Positions 1-8,900 of a stretch of 21,348 nucleotides of DNA are shown in pieces. Source of the stretch: Calditrichaceae bacterium (GTDB lineage: Bacteria; Calditrichota; Calditrichia; Calditrichales; JBFXGD01); assembly GCA_050178385.1 (NCBI GenBank), contig JBFXGD010000052.1, forward strand, positions 1-21,348, given 5' to 3'. The notes below the pieces were generated by a model that saw nothing but the letters and a program-made list of their open reading frames with translations, made no database searches and had not been told where the DNA came from. Position 1 is the stretch's first letter. The number at the start of each line of letters is the position of its first letter. The position numbers and the translations under genes were made by a program.

Positions 1-261
1 AAATGAACCTCCTAACACTTTAAAGGAGTTTAAATTTAGGCGCTGTGATTCATCTTTTACCCAAATTCCACCGAGATTCTGCATTAATGCAAGATGGGGC
101 AAGCTTTTTAGCGGGGTAATTCGGTACTCCGGAATCTGATGATGGAAATTACGCGCGGAGTGGGAAATCCCGGGTGGAAAAATTTCATTAATAATTGTAT
201 CCCGCGCAGTATTCTGAGTGTTTTTGTTTTCATACCATTCCAGAGGTTTAATGACATCCAT
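1..261 (-). CDS. dpaL: Diaminopropionate ammonia-lyase (PLP-dependent, fold type II), N-terminal 87 codons; runs off the left window edge
   Basis: Not in the ORF track. I translated it by hand from ATG at 261-259: MDVIKPLEWYENK...RNFHHQIPEYRITPLKSLPHLALMQNLGGIWVKDESQRLNLNSFKVLGGSF. The FH..IP.Y..TPL..L / VKDES.R..LNSFK.LGG pattern, with the PLP-binding lysine in SFK, is characteristic of DpaL/YgeX. A GGAG ribosome-binding site lies just upstream. Confidence 0.88.
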   Translation of the reverse strand, partial: MDVIKPLEWYENKNTQNTARDTIINEIFPPGISHSARNFHHQIPEYRITPLKSLPHLALMQNLGGIWVKDESQRLNLNSFKVLGGSF

Positions 262-435
262 TTGAAACTCCGTTCTAATCATCAATAATTTAATATTAAC
301 AAAATATTCAATCGAACTTCTAATACAAATATCACGATTATTTTAATATCTCACAAACATCTTTCTGGTAAATAAGCGTGTCTTCTTAACCCTTATCCGC
401 TATTAAAAAAGTAAATCGTTGAAAATAATATTGAC

Positions 436-476
436 AAGAAATAATTAAGAGAACGCAACCTAAGGGTTGCGTTCTC
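436..476 (-). terminator. Intrinsic (Rho-independent) terminator of rnk
   Basis: Perfect 12-bp inverted repeat GAGAACGCAACC (449-460) / GGTTGCGTTCTC (465-476) with a 4-nt loop, followed on the minus strand by the U-rich tail TTAATTATTTCTT. It overlaps the last codons and stop of rnk. Confidence 0.75.
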
Positions 477-876
477 CAGCTGCTTCTGGTTGATACAGAA
501 TTTTTTTAACTTTCAATTTTCTTGTTCCTACCGGAACTTTCCATTCAATCACATCACCAATTTTAAAACCAATAAGCGCGGTACCAATCGGCGCGAGAAT
601 TGATATTTTGTTTTTGCTGATATCCGCTGCTTTTGGATAGACCAGTTTGTAGATTAATTCTTCACCCGAATCCATATCTTTAAGACAAACTTCCGAATTC
701 ATAGTAATAACATTATCGGGTATTTGGTCTTCGGGAACCACGGTTCCGCGTTCTAATTCATCCGATAAATTCTTCAGAAATTCCCTGTCTCGCGGAGATA
801 AATTTTTAGAAGATTTAATCAGTAAGGTTAATCCCTTGAGATCGGATTCAGTAATAAAAATTTTACGATTTGCCAT
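460..876 (-). CDS. rnk: Nucleoside diphosphate kinase regulator Rnk (GreA/GreB family C-terminal domain)
   Basis: 138 aa. N-terminal IFITESD..L, then L.DELER..VV..DQIP.NVITMNS.V, LVYP..AD....ISILAPIGTALIG..GD.IEW.VP.G and C-terminal ILYQPEAAG, the hallmark Rnk pattern. AGGGG RBS upstream. Confidence 0.93.
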   Translation of the reverse strand: MANRKIFITESDLKGLTLLIKSSKNLSPRDREFLKNLSDELERGTVVPEDQIPDNVITMNSEVCLKDMDSGEELIYKLVYPKAADISKNKISILAPIGTALIGFKIGDVIEWKVPVGTRKLKVKKILYQPEAAGERNP

Positions 877-1067
877 AACTCATCCCCTATCTTTATAAAT
901 TTAATAAAATATGTATATACTCAATGTAGGCTTCAATTAAAAGATAACAAAATAGTTCCATGTAATTGAGCTGAATATGAATTTGATTTTTTCGGCATAG
1001 GATAACTCGTTTTCTTGCACCGTTTAAAACCATTATATAGTCAAAATTACAATGGCATAAAGGAGTG

Positions 1068-1134
1068 CTTATATTTGTGCGGGGGTACTACCCCAGGTGG
1101 GGAGGGGTACTTATATAAGTGGGGGAGGGTACTT
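1068..1134. repeat. Three G-rich direct repeats with a GGGTACT core at exact 22-bp spacing
   Basis: GGGTACT at 1083-1089, 1105-1111 and 1127-1133. Copies 2 and 3 extend to GTGGGGAGGGGTACTT and GTGGGGGAGGGTACTT. Embedded palindromes GGGGTA-C-TACCCC (1082-1094) and ACTTATATAAGT (1109-1120). Confidence 0.7.
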
Positions 1135-1153
1135 CAAAGACCCGCGCGCGGGG

Positions 1154-1342
1154 CTCTGAGCCCGGACGTTGACTCTCTGAGCTCCAATCGTGACTCTTTT
1201 TGCTCCGGCATTGACTCTTTTTGCCTCAATCGCCGGGTTCGGAGCCCCGATGTTGACTCTCAGAACTCCAAATTTGAATCTCAGAAGCCCAAACTTCACT
1301 CTCTGAGCTCCGATGTTGGAGCTTTTTGCTCCGGGCGCGGGG
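1154..1342. repeat. Degenerate tandem repeat, 9 x 21 bp
   Basis: Units starting at 1154: ctctgagcccggacgttgact / ctctgagctccaatcgtgact / ctttttgctccggcattgact / ctttttgcctcaatcgccggg / ttcggagccccgatgttgact / ctcagaactccaaatttgaat / ctcagaagcccaaacttcact / ctctgagctccgatgttggag / ctttttgctccgggcgcgggg. Confidence 0.85.
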
Positions 1343-1556
1343 CAGAGTCTGATATGTTCTGCCTAAATATTTCTCAATAATGATATTGAGATAATACACC
1401 GGGATAATTTAAAAAAATCATACAAAAATTTCATATTGCCGGAGAGCATTCGTATCCGTGTGTTATGGATCAAAAAGATAATAATTTTTTTGTAGTAACC
1501 TATAGATGTGTTCCGTATTTTTAAGGTTAAAAATTTAATCAACACGGACAGTTATC

Positions 1557-4151
1557 ATGAATCTTATTACGAAAATTAAACCCAAATCACTATTCTATTC
1601 ACTCAATCAATTTAAAATTGTCAAAGACTATCAGCCATACCGTCAGGTTTTTTACGCTAAGGAAATTGTTGATCTGTATGCCAATTTTGTTTTTTACAAT
1701 AAGATGTTTGATGAAGAGGATTGGAGCGAGAGCATCACCGTGCGCCTGAACTTTCGTGATTATATGATAACGAAAGAAATCAAAATCATTGAAGTGCCTG
1801 TCAGTGTTTCTCAGGAAGAAAATATCGCTGTTGCCTCCTTTAAAATAATTGAAGATTGTAAACCGGATGAATGTCATGCCGGTGAATATTTCTGTGAAGT
1901 CGTTTATGAAGATGATGTATTGATTTCAGACAAATTTTATATCGATGACGTGCATACGCAGAAATTTAAACCGGAATCATTTTGCGATATTTTATCGCTC
2001 AAACTTTTTACCGGTGGCTCGGACGCTGATGAGTCGGCTGACCGAAGGGCTTATCTCTCACGTTTTTTTTATAAAGGTACCAGATATATCTGGGCGGAAC
2101 TTGAAATTACCAATATCCTTCCGCAAACCTGGCAGGGAGAGTTCATTTTCAGCTTCTACAATGACATAAGAGAACTTGCCGGGCAGGAACGTCGTATTGT
2201 GACGATTGACCATGAAAATCCAAACAGCGCCAATACCATTATGGCGGGGATAGGCTCCGATACAGAGATCACATGGGCGGAGGACAATTACACCGTCGAA
2301 ATCGTTTTCCTGAACCAACTTATTGCCACCGCCTTTTTTGAAGTCGGCAGTTCCAATTCAAGCAGCCCTCTAAAAACAATTATCCCGTCAAAAGAAAATC
2401 TCTCGTCAAAACGAACTACGACTATTGGCGCCGAGGAAACAATATTTGCTGAAATTGATCATCTGGTGGGGCTGCCTTATATCAAACAAAAACTGCATGA
2501 CCATTTTGGCTATGTCAAATACCTGAAACTTCGGAAAAATAAAGGATTAAGTTCGCTGGAAGACATTAATTTAAATTTTGTCTTCGCCGGTAATCCGGGG
2601 ACAGGTAAAACCAAAGTGGCCTTATTGCTGGGTAAAATCTATAAACAGCTTGGCTTACTTTCGAAAAGCTCTGTTTATGAAGTTGACAGATCAGATCTTA
2701 TCGGACGGTATATCGGAGATACCGCGCCGCTGACAAAGGAAGTCATCGAAAAAGCGCGTGGCGGCATATTATTTATCGATGAAGCATACGCGCTCTGGAG
2801 GGATGATGATAAGGACTTCGGGCGCGAATCAATTGAAATCCTGGTCAAGGAACTTTCAGACGGACCGGGAGATCTCGCGGTTATTGTCGCAGGCTACCCG
2901 AAAGAAATGAAGGAGTTTTTGGAATCAAACACGGGTTTGAAATCCCGCTTTAATTTTACATTTGAGTTTCCCGATTATACACCGGATGAGCTTATGGCAA
3001 TCGCGAAATTAATGCTTGCCGGTAAATCATTATTTATGACCGAAAAAGCGGAAGAAATTCTTTATAAAATGGTTGTCGAAGAATACAGGAAACGGGATAA
3101 ACATTTTGGTAACGCGCGGTATATCAATTCAATCATCGAAGAAGCACAGGTGAATCTTGGCTTGCGTATTGTCAGATCGGGCGCCGCGGGCGATGTTTCT
3201 GATACTGAATTATCTACAGTCACAGAGGATGATATCAGCAGGATCAGGCGAAATGTCGGTTCAAAATTTGTTGATCTTCCCATCAATGAGGAGTTGTTAA
3301 AAGATGCCATGGGCAGACTGAACCGGCTTGTCGGGCTTGAAAATGTTAAAAATACGGTTCGCGAGCTTGTAAAATTAGCCCGGTTCTACAAACAAAGCCA
3401 CAAGGTCCTGCTTAACTCCCTGTCACTTCATAATGTTTTTATCGGTAATCCTGGAACGGGTAAAACAACCGTCGCCAGGATTATCGCGGATATTTATAAG
3501 GCATTAGGGCTGCTGGAACGCGGACATCTGGTGGAGTGTTCGCGTGATTCGCTGGTTGCCGGATATATCGGTCAGACGGCGCTGCAAACCAAATCGATGC
3601 TTGAAGAATCCCTGGGAGGGGTTTTGTTTATCGATGAAGCATACTCTCTCTCCCAGGGGAACGGTGTAAGTGATTTTGGGCATGAAGCAATCGAAGTGCT
3701 TTTAAAATTTATGGAAGATAACAGAGGGGAGTTCGGAATAATTGCCGCGGGATACACCCAGGAGATGATAAAATTCCTTGAAACCAATCCAGGGTTACGT
3801 TCCCGTTTTGATAATATCATCTCGTTTGAAGATTTAAGCGCGGGAGATTTACTTTTGGTTGCCGAAAGAATTCTTGCCGAACGAAACATGCATTTTGAAA
3901 AAAAAGCAAAAATGCATCTTCAGAATTTTTTTGAGTTTCATTATTCAGAACGGGATAAATTTTTCGGAAACGCCCGGTTTGTCAGAAAGGTGGTTGACAG
4001 CGTTATTCGCAATCAGCATCTGCGTTTATCTGACATGTCACCGGATAAAAGAGATGATAAAACAATAAGAACCATCAAATTTGATGATGTTGATGACTTT
4101 GTTCCACAGAAGGATTTTGTTACGAGAAACAGAAAAAAAATAGGGTTTTAA
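1557..4151 (+). CDS. SpoVK/CbbX/EccA-type AAA+ ATPase with two tandem AAA modules and a duplicated N-terminal beta-rich domain
   Basis: 864 aa. Two copies of L.GL..(I/V)K, F.GNPGTGKT, pore loop GRYIG/AGYIG, Walker B LFIDEAY, AGY..EM..FL..N.GL.SRF and FGNAR. Ends in RKKIGF. Confidence 0.9.
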   Translation: MNLITKIKPKSLFYSLNQFKIVKDYQPYRQVFYAKEIVDLYANFVFYNKMFDEEDWSESITVRLNFRDYMITKEIKIIEVPVSVSQEENIAVASFKIIEDCKPDECHAGEYFCEVVYEDDVLISDKFYIDDVHTQKFKPESFCDILSLKLFTGGSDADESADRRAYLSRFFYKGTRYIWAELEITNILPQTWQGEFIFSFYNDIRELAGQERRIVTIDHENPNSANTIMAGIGSDTEITWAEDNYTVEIVFLNQLIATAFFEVGSSNSSSPLKTIIPSKENLSSKRTTTIGAEETIFAEIDHLVGLPYIKQKLHDHFGYVKYLKLRKNKGLSSLEDINLNFVFAGNPGTGKTKVALLLGKIYKQLGLLSKSSVYEVDRSDLIGRYIGDTAPLTKEVIEKARGGILFIDEAYALWRDDDKDFGRESIEILVKELSDGPGDLAVIVAGYPKEMKEFLESNTGLKSRFNFTFEFPDYTPDELMAIAKLMLAGKSLFMTEKAEEILYKMVVEEYRKRDKHFGNARYINSIIEEAQVNLGLRIVRSGAAGDVSDTELSTVTEDDISRIRRNVGSKFVDLPINEELLKDAMGRLNRLVGLENVKNTVRELVKLARFYKQSHKVLLNSLSLHNVFIGNPGTGKTTVARIIADIYKALGLLERGHLVECSRDSLVAGYIGQTALQTKSMLEESLGGVLFIDEAYSLSQGNGVSDFGHEAIEVLLKFMEDNRGEFGIIAAGYTQEMIKFLETNPGLRSRFDNIISFEDLSAGDLLLVAERILAERNMHFEKKAKMHLQNFFEFHYSERDKFFGNARFVRKVVDSVIRNQHLRLSDMSPDKRDDKTIRTIKFDDVDDFVPQKDFVTRNRKKIGF

Positions 4152-4199
4152 ATGGGTCTGCAAATGACAACTCTTTGCAAAAACTAAACAGGAAGACAA

Positions 4200-5933
4200 A
4201 TGAAAATTCGTGATTTGGAATGGTGGATTGTCGGAGTCTTGGGTATTATTGCATTCATACTTGCCATGATAGGTTTTAATATCATGTTTACTTGTGCCGG
4301 TATTGAAAGAAACATGCTGGATCTTGCTTTTCAGTCGATGAAAATTTTTGGGATGGAATTTGTAGATGAATTCGCGTCCCCTCTCCCGGTGCAGCTTGAA
4401 ATTGCCAGGTGGCTCGCGCCGTTGGTGGTGCTCTATACCGCGGCTAAGGCAATCATTTATTTTGTCCGGCGTGAATTTAGATCACTGCTGATTAAGTTTA
4501 ATAATGATCACATAATCATTACGTCACTGAATGACAAATCCAGATTTTTAATCAATGATTTGCTGGCAAAGAATGAAAAAGTAATCGTCGTCGCCTCTAT
4601 TGATTCTCCGGGAAAGCTGGATCTCATCGAAAAAGACGGGGCAATATTAATTGAAGGCAGCATATCTGATCAGAGATTTCTAAAAAACATCGCGGCGCAT
4701 AAAGCCAGGTATATGATGTTTATGGAGGATGATGATGAGAAGAATATTTCATCAGCCATATCGGTCTATCAGTTTCTGGAAAAATACGGTAAAGACAAAA
4801 TACAAACATTGTTTGTGCATGTGGCTGATGACCTGAAGCTAAATGAACTCAAAGAGCTGAGCTTTTTTGAAGAGTTTGCCAGCGGTAAAAATATCAATGA
4901 AGTTTGTGATATCAGAATATTTTCAATGAATGAGCGGACTTCACGGATATTGTTTAACAAATATTCCCCCGATATTTTTACTCCGGTGCATTCTTCCGAT
5001 GCTGCGCAGCTGCATGTGGCTTTGTTCGGATCGAATGATTTAACCCAAAGTATGATCATACGGCTCGCGAGACTGGGTAGGTACGCGAATTTAAAGAAGC
5101 TAAAGATTACTCTGTTTCACGAAGGTGACCGGATTGTAAATAAATTGAAAAACAGCTTCCCGGCCCTGAATCAACTGATTGATCTTGATCTGATCGACGC
5201 TCCCTTAGATATGTTTGATATTGAAATATTCGATAAAATACACATCGGACATCCGTTTTCGTCTGCATATATCCTATGCAAGGATGATGCGCTTTCCTCA
5301 TATATTTTAAATAAGCTTTCAAAAACAAAATCTGAAAATAAAATTGATGTTATCATTGGGCTGATGAATCCGGATGGCATATTAAATAAATGGTACACCG
5401 GAAGAATGCTGGAAAAAATAAATCTTCATAAATTCAATTTAATTGAAGAATCATTTACTAAAAACGCCATTATCTCCGAAGAAATTGATAAGCTGGCAAT
5501 GATTATTCATCAGGATTATTTAAGTAAACTAAAAAAGAGAGATCCCGCGAAACTTTCTCACCAGGACTGGGCCGCGCTTCCGGTAGATTTCAAAAATCAA
5601 AATCGTGAACAGGCCGATCATTTATATGTAAAATTGAGGGCGATGAATTGTGAAGCCCTGCTGTCCGGCCAGGAAAAAGGAAAGTCCGTCTCAATTTCAA
5701 ATGATTCTCCGTTTATGGAACTGCTTGCGGAAATGGAGCATGACAGATGGCAGGCGCATATGCTTTTAAACGGCTGGACCTATAACAAAACCCGCGATGA
5801 TCAAAAAAAGTATCATACCGACCTGGTACCATACAATCAGCTTAGTGAAGAAGTTAAAGACTGGGATCGAAATGCTATCGCGAATATGCCGGTGTTGCTT
5901 TCGAAGTTAGGATTTGTAATCCGGAAACTTTAA
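4200..5933 (+). CDS. Membrane protein: 2TM channel-like N-terminus + TrkA-N/RCK-like domains + C-terminal RyR domain
   Basis: 577 aa. Hydrophobic helices at aa ~8-30 and ~66-88 flank a pore-helix-like segment. RCK-like region HIIIT...LIEGSISDQRFL..I.AHKA...DDEKN. RyR signature LAEMEHDRW....LNGWTY....DD.KK.H.DLVPY.QL.EE.K..DR, preceded by a degenerate copy LA..IH..Y...W..L...FK..NR.QADH. Confidence 0.82.
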   Translation: MKIRDLEWWIVGVLGIIAFILAMIGFNIMFTCAGIERNMLDLAFQSMKIFGMEFVDEFASPLPVQLEIARWLAPLVVLYTAAKAIIYFVRREFRSLLIKFNNDHIIITSLNDKSRFLINDLLAKNEKVIVVASIDSPGKLDLIEKDGAILIEGSISDQRFLKNIAAHKARYMMFMEDDDEKNISSAISVYQFLEKYGKDKIQTLFVHVADDLKLNELKELSFFEEFASGKNINEVCDIRIFSMNERTSRILFNKYSPDIFTPVHSSDAAQLHVALFGSNDLTQSMIIRLARLGRYANLKKLKITLFHEGDRIVNKLKNSFPALNQLIDLDLIDAPLDMFDIEIFDKIHIGHPFSSAYILCKDDALSSYILNKLSKTKSENKIDVIIGLMNPDGILNKWYTGRMLEKINLHKFNLIEESFTKNAIISEEIDKLAMIIHQDYLSKLKKRDPAKLSHQDWAALPVDFKNQNREQADHLYVKLRAMNCEALLSGQEKGKSVSISNDSPFMELLAEMEHDRWQAHMLLNGWTYNKTRDDQKKYHTDLVPYNQLSEEVKDWDRNAIANMPVLLSKLGFVIRKL

Positions 5934-5951
5934 TCAGGGAGGATTGTAACG

Positions 5952-8900
5952 ATGCAAAAATCAATCTTTAATCTATATAAAAACAGAGAAGTCAGAGTAT
6001 TTATCTCTTCTACCTTCCGAGACATGATGGCTGAGCGGGAGTATCTTGTAAAAAAAGTATTCCCCGAATTGTGTAAAAAATACGCGAACCGGGGAGTAAC
6101 TATCACAGAGATTGATTTACGGTGGGGGGTTCTCGAGGAAGATGCGGAAAACGGAAAAGTGATTGATATCTGTCTTACGGAGATTGATCACAGCCGTCCC
6201 TATTTTATAGGAATTCTAGGAGAAAGATATGGCTGGATACCGGATCATTCGGAATATGATAAACACAAAAAAATAATTGAAAACTTTGGCTGGGTGGTAA
6301 AGGATATTGAAAACAATTTAAGCATAACGGAAATGGAAATTCAGTATGGGGTTTTAAGAAATCCAGGAATGATTGAAAGATCGGCGTTTTTTCTGCGGGA
6401 CAGTAAGAACGAATCTTCAATCGCATATAAAGAAACACCCGGTTCCGAAGAAGAGAATAAACTTAAGATTCTTAAGAATATTATTGAGAACAACCGGGAA
6501 CTAGAGAGTTCTTCATTTAATGATGCCGCTGAATTGGGAAAAAAAGTATTTGAACATCTCAGCAGGATTATTGAAGCGGACTTTCCGCTTCTGGATGAAA
6601 AGACAAAAAAGATTTTACCTCAGCTCAATTTTATTAATGCCCGGCGTAAAGTATATATCAAAGAAGAAAAATATTTTGGTTTAATATCCGATCATATTAA
6701 AAGAACATCTTCGCCCATAGTAATCACCGGTAAAACAGGCGCGGGAGCATCGTCACTTCTCGCAAACTACCTTGTTGAGTACGCTGAAAAAAATCCGGAT
6801 GATTTGTTGCTTTACAATTTTAGTAACGCCTCGGAAAATTCATCAAATTATATCCAGGTACTCAGGAGATTTTGTGAAGAATTGTCCGGAAGAGAAATCA
6901 ATCTGCAAGAAGAGTTTGCTGAAAACAGCGGCGAACAGCTAAAAAATTATCTGGATGAACTGATCACGCAAAAGGCGCCGCAAAATATTCTGATGGTTAT
7001 TGACGGATTGGATGAATTTGATAATGAGGATAATTCACTTCTGCTAAATTGGCTGTCGTACAGTTTTGATGATAACGCAAAGGTTATTGTGTCTTGCGGC
7101 GCGGGTGATTCGCTGGAGAGACTGAAGAAGAGAAGATATGAAGTGGTTTATATCACCGAACCGGATAAAGGTGCCAAAGAAAAATTTATTAACGATTATC
7201 TATCGGAATTTAGTAAAAAATTACCGTCTAAATATGTGGAAGCGATTGTTAGCGATGATATTTCGGAGCTGCCCCTGACCCTGAAGTCGTTTCTTGATGA
7301 ATTGCGTCAGTTCGGCCTGCATGAAGAGCTGGACAGTCAGATAAAATATTATACTTCCGCCGACGGGCCGGTTGAATTTTTTGACAGACTTCTACAGCGT
7401 CTGGAAACGGACTTTGAGGAGAACAAAAAAGGCCTGATTGAGGATATTTTTACGCTTTTGTACACTTCAGGAACCGGATTATCGGAAACGGAGATACTCT
7501 CAATACTTGAAATTCCGCCGCTTTACTGGACTCCGGTTTATAATGCCATTGAGAGCAATATCCTGAATATGAACGGACAGCTGAGGATTGCCCATAAGTA
7601 TCTATCCGACGCGGTCAAACAACGTTATTTAAAATCTTCTGAAAACCAGAAAAAAATTAGCGGAAAAATCATCACTTATTTTATCGAAGATATCCGTGAC
7701 TCACGGGCGGTTCAGGAAGTGGCGCACCAATATATATTATTAAATGATAAAAAAGGCCTATACGATTTTCTCTCGGCTATGGAGACGGTGATCAGTCTTT
7801 TTGTCAGCAGGGATAACGAGTTATTGCTTTTGCGGTACTGGGTCTGGTTATATCCCGATTATTCTCCAGGAGGTATTTACTCACCGACTCAGTTAATAGA
7901 TTTTATTGAAGCAAAAGAATATAATTTTAAAGAAGCCATCACTGTTATTACGGTATTTGGCTTGCTGTTTAAAAACCTGGGTATTTTGGATGTAGCCGAA
8001 GATTATTTTAAAACCGTTTATGTTTGGAGTAAAAAGCATCTGGATGAGCGTGATGATCTCATACGATCATCACTGGCCCGTCTTGTCTTAACAAATCTTG
8101 ATCTGAACAAAATTGAACAGGCCGAGAAATACGCCGGGGAGGCCGTTTTACTTTGCGATAAATATCTTGCCAAAGAAGACAGTAATTATATCGCTGCTTA
8201 TTCAAATCTTGGATTGGTTTTGTCGGCGAAGGAAAAGTATAGTGAAGCCATCGAAATTTACAAGGTGCTCCTGGAAATTATTGATGATGATGAAACAAAA
8301 ACAGAAAAATCAAAGCTCAGTATACTCAATAATCTTGCTACCGCATATTTTAATAATAATTTAATAGATGAATCAATCAAGATTTACATAGAGCTCATCA
8401 ATACAGGGGAAAATCTGTATGGCTCCGATCATGCCGAAAACATTATTCCGCTTAGCAATTTAGCTTTTATTTATTCTCAGATCGGTAAACATGAGGAAGC
8501 TCATGAATATTTTAACAAAGGTATTGAGATCTGCACAAAAACGTATGGAGAATCTCATCCGGAAACAATAAGCATCCTTTTCAATTTTATCGGCGTGCTT
8601 CTTTCCGAAGGAAATTATGATCTGGCGGGTTCATATTTAGATAATATCGAAACGATTCTGAAGCGGGAAAATATAAAAGGCGAAAAATTCGGTCAGCTGC
8701 TGCATTTGCGGGCACAATTATTTAGTTCAAAAGATGACTCCCAAAAAGCGATTAGCTTTGAAAAAGATGCATTAAAAATATTCACGGAAGAATTTGGGAT
8801 TGACCACAAAAATACGATAAACAGTCTTCAAAATCTTTCCGCATATTATTTGGAAGCTGATCAACTTGCTGAAGCTGAAGAAACGATCAGGAACACCGAA

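Noticed and set aside
431..460. Perfect TTGACA -35 hexamer on the plus strand
   Set aside because: No -10 element at 16-18 bp spacing, and it points antisense into rnk.
1154..1342. Possible CRISPR array
   Set aside because: The units are contiguous and degenerate with no repeat-spacer alternation, and there are no cas genes in the window.
1015..1380. 121-aa plus-strand ORF (and 1111-1299 minus ORF) across the repeat patch
   Set aside because: TTG start with no convincing RBS and no recognisable domain. Openness is explained by the GC-rich 21-bp (3n) repeat. Reported as repeats rather than a CDS.
1517..1534. Palindrome ATTTTTAA-GG-TTAAAAAT upstream of the operon start
   Set aside because: The arms are A/T only in a very AT-rich stretch. 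It could be an operator but cannot be distinguished from chance.
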